A DNA stretch of 64,000 nt from Candidatus Latescibacterota bacterium (lineage in GTDB: Bacteria > Latescibacterota > CBDEFO01), in assembly GCA_965248755.1 (NCBI GenBank), contig OZ252149.1, positions 1,440,001 to 1,504,000 on the forward strand, written 5' to 3'. The position numbers were made by a program, and so were the translations under genes. Every line of letters begins with the position of its first letter. Position 1 is the first letter of the stretch. Under the pieces are notes generated by a model that worked only from the letters and a program-made list of their open reading frames with translations, searched no databases and was not told the origin of the DNA. Shown one piece after another: positions 1 through 9,577 of this stretch.

Positions 1-855
1 CCTCGATCTGCGCTCCGAAGCTGAGGCGCGCAGATTCAGATCCCGGGAGGATGAGCACTTCCTCAGGGAAACTCTATGGTGTCGGCTCATAAGTTATTAG
101 TGACGCGATCTTGGGATAAGGGTGCTGCCTGGGAGGGTCGTGAGTGGACAGTGCTGGGATACACGAATGTCCACAGTGTTCCGCTCCATCTACTCCTTAC
201 GATGCTTGAGGACGGGCGTTCCTCTATCCCATCTACGCTATGTGGAAGGGTGGGACCAGAGAGGGTCTGATCTTCCGGTCGACCGATGGGGGAGAGACGT
301 GGAGATTGCATGGGGCGTACCCGAGAGCAGGCGGCGAGTGGTAGATTTTGGAGGTGGAGCCGGGATTGCTCTTCAGGACACATCCGCAGTGGCTATCGTT
401 GGAGACATCCGAGGTCCTCGACAGATTCAATCGGGGATAGGATATTTGCTCTGGAGGTCTGGTCGGAGGACGGCGGGTTAACGTGAACATACCCTGTGGA
501 GGCGTCCTTTCAGGGCTATCCGAATCATCTATTGAAGTTAAGAGATAGTCGCATCTTATGCACGTTCGGGTATCGCCGCAAGCCTATGGGAGTGCGCGCG
601 CGCATAAGCGAGGATGTAGGACGCACCTGGGATTTAGATCACGAATATGTGTTGTGTGATGATGGAGGCACCACTTCAGACCCTTGGGGTCCTCCGCACT
701 CTGAGATTCCCGGGTTCGGTAGTTCCGACGTGGGTTATCCGACCTCAGTAGAGTTAGAGGATAGTTCGATTTTTGCTGTCTATTACATCAAGACTCCTGA
801 CGCCATAACTCACGTTGCATGCGCGCGTTGGCATCCCGACAGGGACAGGCTGTAG
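1..855 (+). pseudogene. Frameshifted paralog of the downstream BNR/Asp-box sialidase-like gene (5' part lies outside the window)
   Basis: Fragments in different frames (VTRSWDKGAAWEGREWTV, ALEVWSEDGG, FQGYPNHLLKLRDSRILCTFGYRRKPMGVRA...WHPDRD) match successive parts of 906..2051, interrupted by several frameshifts and a stop. Confidence 0.8.
415..438. repeat. Short palindromic element, copy inside the sialidase-like pseudogene
   Basis: tcctcgacagattcaatcggggat. The intact paralog reads HPEYDR here; this copy reads HPRSSTDSIGDR. Confidence 0.75.
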
Positions 856-905
856 AAGTAAGCTGGAAATTCACTCGATGTGATAAAAACAGGGAGTTCT
901 ACTCA

Positions 906-2051
906 ATGGAACACACGATAATTTTGAAGGAAAAGGGGCGCTACAACGCGTTTCCCGTTTTGGACCACCTCCCGGACGGACGGTTGACACTAGGCTTCAT
1001 CTCCTCGCCAGTTGGCGATCATATGGGAATGGGGGATTGGGCAGTCTTTGTATCATCGGACAGCGGTTCTACCTGGCAGCGGTCGGACGATCCGACGCTG
1101 CCTCCCAATTGGCCCGGGACTACCCCGCGTGAGAAGTACGATAGACTCTCCCGTATAATGCCCGACGGCAGCTTTATGGCAGTGGGATCGGTAGGGCATG
1201 AGCTTTGGGATTTCGGTCGGCGCGCCGAAGCTGAGGCTCGTGGATTGAGAATAATAGAGGACGAGATAATCTCCCAGCAACTCCCCGGAAAGCTCGTCGT
1301 GTCGGGGCATCGGCTGGTGGTGATAAGGTCGCAGGATAAGGGCGCCACGTGGGATCGGCGAACGTGGACAGTGCCGGGATACATTAGTCTGATTGGATTC
1401 CCGCGCGGCACGGTCCTTGAGGACGGAACCTGGCTCTTCCCCGTCTACACGAGTCGGAAGGATGGAGGCGGTGACGGTCTGATCTTCCGGACTGCCGACA
1501 GAGGGGAGACGTGGAGGCTCTATTTAGCAGTCCCAAGGGTGTGCAACGAGTGGGCATTGGTAGAGGTAGCACCTGGACGTGTACTGGGACACCTCCGCTG
1601 GGGCTATAGATGGGGACATCCGGAGTATGACAGGATGTACACCCTGGAGGTGTGGTCCGAGGACGGCGGTACAACGTGGACTCAACCGGTGGAAACGAAG
1701 TTCCAAGGTTATCCGAACCATCTGTTGAAGTTGCACGATGGACGCATCTTGTGCACATTCGGCTATCGTCGTAAACCTATGGGAGTGCGTGCGCTCATTA
1801 GCGAAGACAGAGGAAACACCTGGGATTTAGATCACGAGTATGTGTTAAGAGACGACGCCGGTACCACTTCGAGTTCTTGGCCTGCAGTGAAACACGCGCA
1901 GCCCGGGTCCGGAAGTTCTGATGTGGGCTATCCGATCTCGACGGAGCTGGACGATGGCTCTATCCTTACAGCCTATTACATTACGCAACCTGATGCCATA
2001 ACCCACGTGTCTGTCACGCGCTGGCATCCCGAGGGGGACAGGACGTCGTAG
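906..2051 (+). CDS. Sialidase-family / BNR (Asp-box) repeat beta-propeller protein
   Basis: Repeated S-x-D-x-G-x-T-W boxes (SSDSGSTW, SQDKGATW, TADRGETW, SEDGGTTW, SEDRGNTW) and C-terminal DVGYP. Start placed at ATG 906 after GGGAG. Confidence 0.8.
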   Translation: MEHTIILKEKGRYNAFPVLDHLPDGRLTLGFISSPVGDHMGMGDWAVFVSSDSGSTWQRSDDPTLPPNWPGTTPREKYDRLSRIMPDGSFMAVGSVGHELWDFGRRAEAEARGLRIIEDEIISQQLPGKLVVSGHRLVVIRSQDKGATWDRRTWTVPGYISLIGFPRGTVLEDGTWLFPVYTSRKDGGGDGLIFRTADRGETWRLYLAVPRVCNEWALVEVAPGRVLGHLRWGYRWGHPEYDRMYTLEVWSEDGGTTWTQPVETKFQGYPNHLLKLHDGRILCTFGYRRKPMGVRALISEDRGNTWDLDHEYVLRDDAGTTSSSWPAVKHAQPGSGSSDVGYPISTELDDGSILTAYYITQPDAITHVSVTRWHPEGDRTS

Positions 2052-2071
2052 TTACCCTGTCTTTTCTCGGC

Positions 2072-2100
2072 TTGACCTGAACATTGAAAATCTGTATATT
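2072..2100 (+). promoter_or_regulatory. Putative sigma70 promoter of the aldolase gene
   Basis: TTGACC-17 nt-TATATT. Confidence 0.5.
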
Positions 2101-2161
2101 CTACTGACGTATCTTTCGGTTTTCTGAACTTTCAACTTTTCCTTCCCAAACTGGAGTTGCA

Positions 2162-2935
2162 ATGAAGAATCTTAAAGCTATGTTGAAAGAAGGCAAGACG
2201 GTGATAGGAGCTACTTTAGCTGAGTACTCCCGGCCGTCTCTGATTAAGATCTACGCTCAGGCGGGATTTGACTTCGTCTTCATCGAGAACGAGCATGGCT
2301 TCTTCTCTCCGACTCAACTGACCGATATAGTGGTGGCAGGAAGGGATAATAACCTTCCTGCAGTAGCCAAGGTCGGATGCCTGGATCGCGGGGAGACAGC
2401 AAGGCTCCTAGACTGTGGAATCGTCGGAATACAGCTCCCCCGCACCAACACACGAGATGACATCGATACGCTCGTAAGCTGGATGAACTTTCCTCCCGTC
2501 GGAGATCGCGCTATCGCCGCGGGATACGGCAATTCTGACTATCGCCAGATCAACATATCCGATTTTATAAAGGAAGCCGATGAAACCACTCTGGTGGTGG
2601 CTCACATCGAGACAGAGGAGGGCGCAGAAAACGCTGACGCTATAGCGTCCAATCCACAGGTGGACGTGGTGTTCATAGGTCCCTATGACCTGTCAATTTC
2701 TCTTGGAGTGCCCGGTGGATTCGATACCCCTAAGTTCACCGATGCCGTCGAGGCGATCTTTGAAGCTGCACAAAGGCACGGTTCTACACCGGGGATATAC
2801 ACTCACGGTTACGAGGACACAAAGAAGTGGAGCGACATGGGAGCCAGGTTCTTTGAAGGGACGGATGAGTTGGGAATGTTGCACCGTGCTGCAAGATCCC
2901 TTGCGGAAGATTTTCGAAGGGCAATTTCCGAATAA
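2162..2935 (+). CDS. HpcH/HpaI (GarL-like) class II aldolase family protein
   Basis: GFDFVFIENEHG, LDCG, PPVGDR, HIET and VFIGPYDLSISLG motifs; 257 aa. Confidence 0.88.
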   Translation: MKNLKAMLKEGKTVIGATLAEYSRPSLIKIYAQAGFDFVFIENEHGFFSPTQLTDIVVAGRDNNLPAVAKVGCLDRGETARLLDCGIVGIQLPRTNTRDDIDTLVSWMNFPPVGDRAIAAGYGNSDYRQINISDFIKEADETTLVVAHIETEEGAENADAIASNPQVDVVFIGPYDLSISLGVPGGFDTPKFTDAVEAIFEAAQRHGSTPGIYTHGYEDTKKWSDMGARFFEGTDELGMLHRAARSLAEDFRRAISE

Positions 2936-3343
2936 AGTAGATAAGGGTACCTGTTCCAACCTAAACCCTCCCTGAACCCTCATTGTGGGCAAAGCGAGGT
3001 CTCTGAGATTGCTTCGTCAGACAGGTAAGGACGACCGTTTTGCTGCGGCGGATGGTAACAAGCCACGAAATGGTCTGATCCATTACACCTGCGTGTTCAT
3101 AATGCGGTTGGCAGGATAGACATTCTTGGCTGTTCACTTGCGCAATGACAGAACGCAAAAGGACTCGCAACTTCCCTGATAGTCTCTGAACTGTAATTGC
3201 CAGCGAAAGGGTCCCCCAAAAGCATTGAATAACTTTTGGGGGAAAGCCAGGCACTCTCACTCAGACTGTCTTTCCCCTCACGCTATCTACCCTAGTTTTG
3301 TCCTGTCAAATCTTGAAAATAGTGCCCAATCCAGAAAAAAGAC

Positions 3344-3372
3344 TTGACAAACTGTCTTAATTCTCTTAAACT
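3344..3372 (+). promoter_or_regulatory. Putative sigma70 promoter of rho (long ~260-nt leader)
   Basis: TTGACA-17 nt-TAAACT. Confidence 0.6.
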
Positions 3373-3528
3373 TTGTATTAGCAATTCGGGAATACCTCAC
3401 AATTGACATTCTTCCACATGTACTCCGTAACTTCACCGATTTATTCTTCTCTCGGTTTCCTATAGAACTAAACTATTCCGAAATAAGACCGATATATATA
3501 GTTGAACCATCGAACAGCAGTATGCAAG

Positions 3529-3582
3529 TTTGTCTTTCAAAGGCACGATATCCCTTTTGTCTTTGAAAGGCACGATATCCCT
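3529..3582. repeat. 27-bp tandem duplication in the rho leader
   Basis: tttgtctttcaaaggcacgatatccct followed by tttgtctttgaaaggcacgatatccct (1 mismatch). Confidence 0.9.
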
Positions 3583-3638
3583 GTGCTGTTGTGTGCGCTT
3601 GTCATCTCATCTAATTTTACTAACCCCGCAGGAGAGTT

Positions 3639-4919
3639 ATGTCCCCTACTATAAACATGGAAAACCTGGACATTGCAGAGCTCCAGCAAAAGAGCATAAT
3701 AGAACTAAACGAACTGGCAGACGAGCTCCAAATACCGGGACACAGCGGACTCAGGAAGCAGAATCTGATATTTTCGATCCTGCAAACAAAGACGGAGCAG
3801 AATGGTCTCATCTTTGCAAAAGGAGTCCTTGAGGTTCACGAGGACGGCTACGGCTTCCTCCGCTCGCCCAGTTCCAACTATCTTCAGGGCCCCGGCGACA
3901 TCTACGTAGGTCACTCCCAGATCAAACGCTTCAACCTCAGAACTGGCGACACCGTGTCCGGTCAGATACGCCCTCCCAAAGAGAGTGCAGGTGAGAAATA
4001 CTACGCTCTTTTGAGAGTCGAAGCTGTAAATTTTGAAGACCCTGAAGTCGCCAAGTATAAGCCCCTTTTCGACAACCTTACGCCTGTGCACCCTATAGAG
4101 AGAATAAAGCTTGAACGGGATCCCAAAGAGTATTCCACGCGCATAATAGATCTTCTGTGCCCCATTGGGAAAGGACAAAGGGGCCTTATTGTAGCCCCCC
4201 CCTTCACAGGCAAGACAGTGCTCTTGCAACAGATCGCAAACAGCATCACAACAAACGATCCCGACATGATCCTGATTGTTCTTCTAATAGACGAACGTCC
4301 TGAGGAAGTCACCGACATGCAGCGTTCTGTTGACGGAGAGGTCATAAGCTCCACATTCGATGAGCCCGCCACAAGACACGTCCAGGTCGCCGACATGGTC
4401 ATAGAAAAAGCCAGAAGACTCGTGGAGCATAAGAAAGACGTGGTCATACTCCTGGACAGCATTACGCGCCTTGCCAGGGCTCATAACACAGTCACTCCCC
4501 ACAGCGGGAGGATACTGACAGGTGGAGTGGACGCCACAGCTCTCCTTGGTCCCAGAAAATTTCTCGGCGCTGCTCGGAAGATTGAAGAAGGAGGCAGCCT
4601 TACAATAGTCGCCACCGCTCTTATCGAGACCGGAAGCAGAATGGACGAAGTCATCTTCGAAGAGTTCAAGGGGACGGCAAATATGGAGCTTAAACTCGAC
4701 AGAAAGCTCTCCAATCGCCGCATCTTCCCCGCTATAGATGTGACGCAGTCTTCGACGAGAAAAGAGGAACTCCTGATGACCGACTACGAGCTCAATAGAA
4801 CCTGGATACTAAGGAAAATCCTCAACCGGATGCCGCCTCCGGAGGCCATCGAACTCCTCCTTGGAAAGATAAGTGCTACGCAAAGCAACAACGAATTTTT
4901 GGAAATTATGAATGAGTGA
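3639..4919 (+). CDS. rho: Transcription termination factor Rho
   Basis: [57 protein letters not shown]. Confidence 0.98.
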   Translation: MSPTINMENLDIAELQQKSIIELNELADELQIPGHSGLRKQNLIFSILQTKTEQNGLIFAKGVLEVHEDGYGFLRSPSSNYLQGPGDIYVGHSQIKRFNLRTGDTVSGQIRPPKESAGEKYYALLRVEAVNFEDPEVAKYKPLFDNLTPVHPIERIKLERDPKEYSTRIIDLLCPIGKGQRGLIVAPPFTGKTVLLQQIANSITTNDPDMILIVLLIDERPEEVTDMQRSVDGEVISSTFDEPATRHVQVADMVIEKARRLVEHKKDVVILLDSITRLARAHNTVTPHSGRILTGGVDATALLGPRKFLGAARKIEEGGSLTIVATALIETGSRMDEVIFEEFKGTANMELKLDRKLSNRRIFPAIDVTQSSTRKEELLMTDYELNRTWILRKILNRMPPPEAIELLLGKISATQSNNEFLEIMNE

Positions 4920-5015
4920 TGGGGCATACATAGGTCGAAGTTTTAAACTGTTAACACTTTTTCGCCAAGAAGTTCTTCGATACTTTTTGGGGCTCCGTGA
5001 AAGGAGAATCTCGTA

Positions 5016-5255
5016 GTGAAAAAAGATATTCATCCCCAATATATAGAGACCACAATATCCTGCGCCTGCGGGAATAGCGTAACGACGCGCTCCACAGTTC
5101 CCAACTTGAGAGTTGAAATCTGTTCTGAGTGCCATCCCTTCTACACAGGCAAGCAGAAACTTGTGGACTCGACAGGCAGAGTCGAAAGATTCAAGCGTAA
5201 GTACGGAATGAACAAGGAAGAAAAGACAGAAGCTGAGCAAGCTCCAGATAGCTGA
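5016..5255 (+). CDS. rpmE: 50S ribosomal protein L31, zinc-binding type
   Basis: MKKDIHP...CACG...[21 protein letters not shown] start after AAGGAG. Confidence 0.97.
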   Translation: MKKDIHPQYIETTISCACGNSVTTRSTVPNLRVEICSECHPFYTGKQKLVDSTGRVERFKRKYGMNKEEKTEAEQAPDS

Positions 5256-5332
5256 ATCCAAAATGAGCTTCCTTACTCTCAGCTGGAGGTGACCCTCACG
5301 GCGCTCAAAGCCGCGCTTGGGAGGATCGTTAC

Positions 5333-5567
5333 TAACCCGAATAATTTACACAAAAGGGCAGTGTATTAATTAAGGGATTGTATTATAATATAGTTATGCT
5401 GTTTAAGCGCCTTCGGTGTCCTTGCGAGCCGAAGGCGAAGCAATTTCGCTTCTGTGGTAGATGTAATACTCTCCGGCTCTCATAGGAGACCACTATAAAA
5501 CCTTGAGATTGCTTCGTCGCTTTGCTCCTTGCAATGACTCCACCAAGTTTATGAATTAATCGGGCTA
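5333..5567 (+). mobile_element. 235-bp MITE-like element, copy 1
   Basis: TA-ACCCGAATAATT...AATTAATCGGGC-TA terminal inverted repeats with flanking TA; closely similar to 47536..47770 and, reversed, to 22621..22868. Confidence 0.85.
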
Positions 5568-5582
5568 AAAAGGGCACAGGAA

Positions 5583-6662
5583 GTGTTTGAAACACTTCAT
5601 AAAATAGAGGAACACTACGAAAAGATCGAAAAACTCCTGGGTGAACCCCAGGCTGTGAATGACCACAAGCGCTATCAGGAGCTGGCCAAGGAGTATAGTG
5701 ACCTGGGCAGGACTATCTCAGTCTACAGGGAATATAAGTCCGTCTCAAATGACCTTTTAGAAGCCAAGGAGATTCTCAAAGATTCTGAAGATGGTGAGCT
5801 CGTGGAACTTGCCCGTGATGAAGCCGAAGAATTAAAGGAAAAGGAAAAGGGGCTTGGAGAAGAACTCAAGATTCTCCTTATATCCAAAGATCCCGCTGAT
5901 GAGAAGAACGCTATAGTCGAAATAAGAGCTGGAACCGGTGGGGAAGAGGCAGCCCTATTTGCGGCGGACCTCTACAGGATGTACTCCAGATATACGGAAA
6001 ACAGAGGATGGCAGATCGAACATATAAGCTCAAACCCGACGGGAATAGGAGGATTTAAGGAGATCATCTTTTCGGTCTCGGGCAAAAACGCCTATGGCGA
6101 TCTGAAATACGAAAGTGGGGTCCACAGAGTTCAAAGGGTCCCCCAAACAGAATCGAGCGGACGCCTCCACACGTCCGCAGCCTCCGTCGCAATCCTCCCC
6201 GAAGCTGAAGAGGTGGATGTCGAAATAGACCCTGAAGACCTCAAAATAGACTTCTTTCGCTCCTCAGGCCCCGGAGGACAGAGTGTCAACACTACAGATT
6301 CAGCGGTCAGAATCACGCACCTTCCTACAAACATCACCGTCCAGTGCCAGGATGAGAAATCCCAGCATAAGAACAGAGCAAAAGCCCTCAAAGTCCTCCG
6401 CTCCAGACTCCTGGATGCTGCTACCAGAGAACAACAGGAGAAACTTTCGTCCGACAGGAGAAGACAGATCGGGACAGGAGACAGGAGCGCAAAGATCAGA
6501 ACATACAACTTTCCTCAAAACAGAGTTACCGACCACAGGATCAATCTGACGCTCTACAAGCTCGAGGGCATCCTTGAAGGTGCAATTGACGAACTTGTAG
6601 ACGCTGTGCGCATCGCTGACCAAGCCGAGAAGATCGCCCAATTAGACGATGGCGGGGAATAA
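5583..6662 (+). CDS. prfA: Peptide chain release factor 1
   Basis: GPGGQSVN (GGQ), RVPQT (RF1 PxT), RTYNFPQ; followed by prmC. Confidence 0.97.
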   Translation: MFETLHKIEEHYEKIEKLLGEPQAVNDHKRYQELAKEYSDLGRTISVYREYKSVSNDLLEAKEILKDSEDGELVELARDEAEELKEKEKGLGEELKILLISKDPADEKNAIVEIRAGTGGEEAALFAADLYRMYSRYTENRGWQIEHISSNPTGIGGFKEIIFSVSGKNAYGDLKYESGVHRVQRVPQTESSGRLHTSAASVAILPEAEEVDVEIDPEDLKIDFFRSSGPGGQSVNTTDSAVRITHLPTNITVQCQDEKSQHKNRAKALKVLRSRLLDAATREQQEKLSSDRRRQIGTGDRSAKIRTYNFPQNRVTDHRINLTLYKLEGILEGAIDELVDAVRIADQAEKIAQLDDGGE

Positions 6663-7581
6663 TACATTCTCCACGATTGAACCCCCGACTGGATCGGGGA
6701 TTGGGGATGCCCTCAACAAAGCAATCCAGTTTTTAAGTTCCCGCGACATTGAAAGTCCCCGGATCAACGCAGAGAGGCTCCTTTGTCATGTGCTGGACGT
6801 TGACAGCTCGTTTGCTCTCTACCTTGAGCCCGATCGCTTGCTATCTCAGAACGAGTTGGACTCTTATCATTATCTTCTCAATAAAAGGATTAAAGGAATT
6901 CCACTCCAGTACATCGTTGGGAAGACAGAGTTTATGTCCCTTCCCATCAAAGTCGAGTCCCCGATCTTAATCCCGCGCCCTGAGACTGAAATTCTCGTAG
7001 AAACTGTCCTCGACAGATTCAAAGGCAACGAGAGTCGTCTACTTCTGGCAGCCGACATAGGCACAGGCGCAGGAAACATAGCTGTATCCCTTGCCCGCTA
7101 CATCCACGGGATCCACATCTACGCCACAGACATATTCCTCCCAGCTCTCAGACTTGCCCGATACAATTCCCGACTCAACGATACCGCCTTTAGAATAACG
7201 TTCCTTCACGGAGACCTTTTCGATCCCTTCAAAAGATACGACCTCCAGAACAGACTCGACCTTATAATCTCCAATCCTCCATACGTAAGGAGGTCGGATA
7301 TACCGCACCTTCCCGCCGAGATAAGGAATCACGAATCCCACAGAGCCATTGACGGCGGAAATGACGGACTCGACTTCTACAGGAGGCTTATCCCCCAGTC
7401 TTTTGAATATCTCAGATCCGGCGGTATCCTCGCCTTAGAGATAGGGTTAGGACAGTCAGAATCCGTATTCCAGATGATCAGAGACCTCAAAGTCGTGCGA
7501 CCACTGCGTGCTTTTACCCCTCCAAAGATCGTCAAGGACTTCAATGGGATAGACAGGGTTGTCCTGGCGCATAAGATCTGA
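6649..7581 (+). CDS. prmC: Release factor glutamine methyltransferase
   Basis: LIPRPETE, DIGTGAG, SNPPY; overlaps the prfA stop. Confidence 0.95.
   Translation: MAGNNTFSTIEPPTGSGIGDALNKAIQFLSSRDIESPRINAERLLCHVLDVDSSFALYLEPDRLLSQNELDSYHYLLNKRIKGIPLQYIVGKTEFMSLPIKVESPILIPRPETEILVETVLDRFKGNESRLLLAADIGTGAGNIAVSLARYIHGIHIYATDIFLPALRLARYNSRLNDTAFRITFLHGDLFDPFKRYDLQNRLDLIISNPPYVRRSDIPHLPAEIRNHESHRAIDGGNDGLDFYRRLIPQSFEYLRSGGILALEIGLGQSESVFQMIRDLKVVRPLRAFTPPKIVKDFNGIDRVVLAHKI
6670..6708. repeat. Nested, degenerate short palindromic element in the prmC 5' end
   Basis: tccacgattgaac[ccccgactggatcgggg]attggggat, read in-frame as STIEPPTGSGIGD. Confidence 0.6.
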
Positions 7582-7748
7582 AGAATTCCCTTTACATCAT
7601 GCCCGATTTTCCGTATCGTTTAAATGTGGGGACAACCTTACCTGGCCCCTATGAATCTCCCATTTCGAAAGCGGAAAGCCGATCATAGAGGTCCATACTC
7701 TGATCCTCAATCCGAAGACCCTAAATCCCAACGGAGTGGTCACACCAC

Positions 7749-8987
7749 TTGAAAAGAGTTGTAGTCACAGGCATCGGACTCGTCGCGCCCTTGGGATGTT
7801 CAAAAGACATAGTCTGGAAGAACGTCTCACAAGGAATCTCAGGCATCTCCCATCTGAAATGGGCGAAAGACCCCTTCCCCGTCAAAATCGGAGCGCAGGT
7901 TAGTGATTTTGAACCTGACCCCGGCGATAGCGGATATGACCGCTTTATCCAATTTGCCCTATCGGCAACAAGACAGGCAGTAAAAGACGCAGAACTCACG
8001 TTAGATTCTGATCTAAGTCAGCGCACAGGCGTCCTTATCAGCTCCAGCAAAGGAGGCATATCCACCTTCGAAAAATATCACTCCCGTCTTTTGGGATCTG
8101 GTCCTTCATCGATTCCGAAAAACCTCTGGTTCAACATAAGCCAGGCGTCCGCCTCTCAAGCTGTATCTAAACTTCTATCCCCGATAGATTCAATCGTGGA
8201 TCAACGTTTAGAGGGACCTTCCTACGGCATAGTATCTGCGTGCGCCACCGGAGCTCATTCCATCATCTCGGCATCCCACCTGATAAGCGAGGGAAGAGCC
8301 GACATTATGATAGCCGGGAGCAGCGACGCCTCCTTGACTCCCCTGATATTAGGGGGCTTCAGCAAGATGGGAGCGCTATCCCAAAAAGCCTCCCGCCCAT
8401 TTGATGCCGAAAGGGACGGATTCGTCCTCGGTGAAGGATGCGGTATCGTCGTCTTGGAATCCTTGGAGGGAGCAAAAAGGAGGAAGGCCAGTATCTATGG
8501 AGAGATACTTTCTACCGTGGCAATGTCTGAAGCCCATCACGTATCAGCTATCGAACCCGGAGGAAAGACTATAGGTCGAGCTGTCCAACTCGCTATACAG
8601 AGGGCTGATCTCTCCGCGAAAGATATAGATTATGTTAACGCTCATGCGACAGGGACGGTAGAAGGGGATATAGCTGAAACTTTAGCCATAAAAAGAGCGC
8701 TGGGAGAAAATGCTTACAGTGTAGCTATAAGTTCGACCAAATCTATGATGGGGCATCTACTGGGGGCCGCTGGGAGCGTCGAGTTTATCGTATCTTTACT
8801 CTGTATGGAAAACAACTACGTCCATCCGACTATAAATCTGGAAAATATAGATCCCCAATGCGACCTCGATTATACACCCAACGCAGGTGCCGCCAGGACC
8901 TTAAAAAATATAATGTCCCTGTCTTATGGCTTTGGAGGACACATCGCTGTTCTGTTAGCGGGCAAGCCTTTAAGTTATAGTAATTAA
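7749..8987 (+). CDS. Beta-ketoacyl-ACP synthase II-like (FabF family) protein
   Basis: KRVVVTGIG, SACATG (Cys), RPFDAERDGFVLGEG, NAHATGT and MMGHLLGAAG (His, His), SYGFGG; TTG start. No acpP adjacent, so orthology to housekeeping fabF is not certain. Confidence 0.88.
   Translation: MKRVVVTGIGLVAPLGCSKDIVWKNVSQGISGISHLKWAKDPFPVKIGAQVSDFEPDPGDSGYDRFIQFALSATRQAVKDAELTLDSDLSQRTGVLISSSKGGISTFEKYHSRLLGSGPSSIPKNLWFNISQASASQAVSKLLSPIDSIVDQRLEGPSYGIVSACATGAHSIISASHLISEGRADIMIAGSSDASLTPLILGGFSKMGALSQKASRPFDAERDGFVLGEGCGIVVLESLEGAKRRKASIYGEILSTVAMSEAHHVSAIEPGGKTIGRAVQLAIQRADLSAKDIDYVNAHATGTVEGDIAETLAIKRALGENAYSVAISSTKSMMGHLLGAAGSVEFIVSLLCMENNYVHPTINLENIDPQCDLDYTPNAGAARTLKNIMSLSYGFGGHIAVLLAGKPLSYSN
8177..8201. 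repeat. Short palindromic element in-frame in the fabF-like gene
   Basis: atccccgatagattcaatcgtggat encodes SPIDSIVD. Confidence 0.8.
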
Positions 8988-9043
8988 CCAGCAAAATTGC
9001 AGCTAGCACATTGCGATCTTCGCGTCATTACTGTATAGTTGAT

Positions 9044-9450
9044 GGATGCTTATCCGTCGTTGCTGCGACAGTAAGAAATTTCGGAGACTTTCTACTGGCC
9101 AGAGACGATGCTAGCGGTGTGGTTTAACCAGAAGGTTTACCGAAACCACCTGGCAGAAAATCAGAGTGTCTCCCTATTGGAGGGGCGGGCCGGTAGAGTT
9201 TTCTCTTTAGGTGTATCAGCAATTACATTGAGATTCCAAGTGCCTTTAGATCCTAAGACGATTCAATGATGGTTTAGAATCCCTAGAGTGACAATCTACG
9301 ATCAATAGGCAAAGGAACTCTTGACTCTCTCAGGACAAATTGAAATGGATAAGACTCTCTTTGGTGATAGGCGATCTGGTAAGTGAGTTCGGGCAGCTTC
9401 AGGAAAACTAATGGTCTTTGGCATCTACCAGAGAAAAGGCCGTGTTCATC
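9044..9450 (+). pseudogene. IS1595-family transposase remnant
   Basis: Manual translation gives Zn-ribbon-like CCDSKKFRRLSTGQRRC*RCG and LSGQIEMDKTLFGDRRSGK*VRAASGKLMVFGIYQRKGRV. This resembles the IS1595 core LSGEIEVDESYFGG...RGRGA.GK..VFG. Internal stops; truncated. Confidence 0.7.
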
Positions 9451-9577
9451 TCAAGCTTTACATACTCACTCTCATTTTGGCTGCAGCTTCGCCGCCCTGA
9501 GTCCATCGTTAATTACGCAGTGCGAAGTCCCCAATAACGAAAGTTCACCGCAGCGAAGTCATCGAACGACCAGAATC

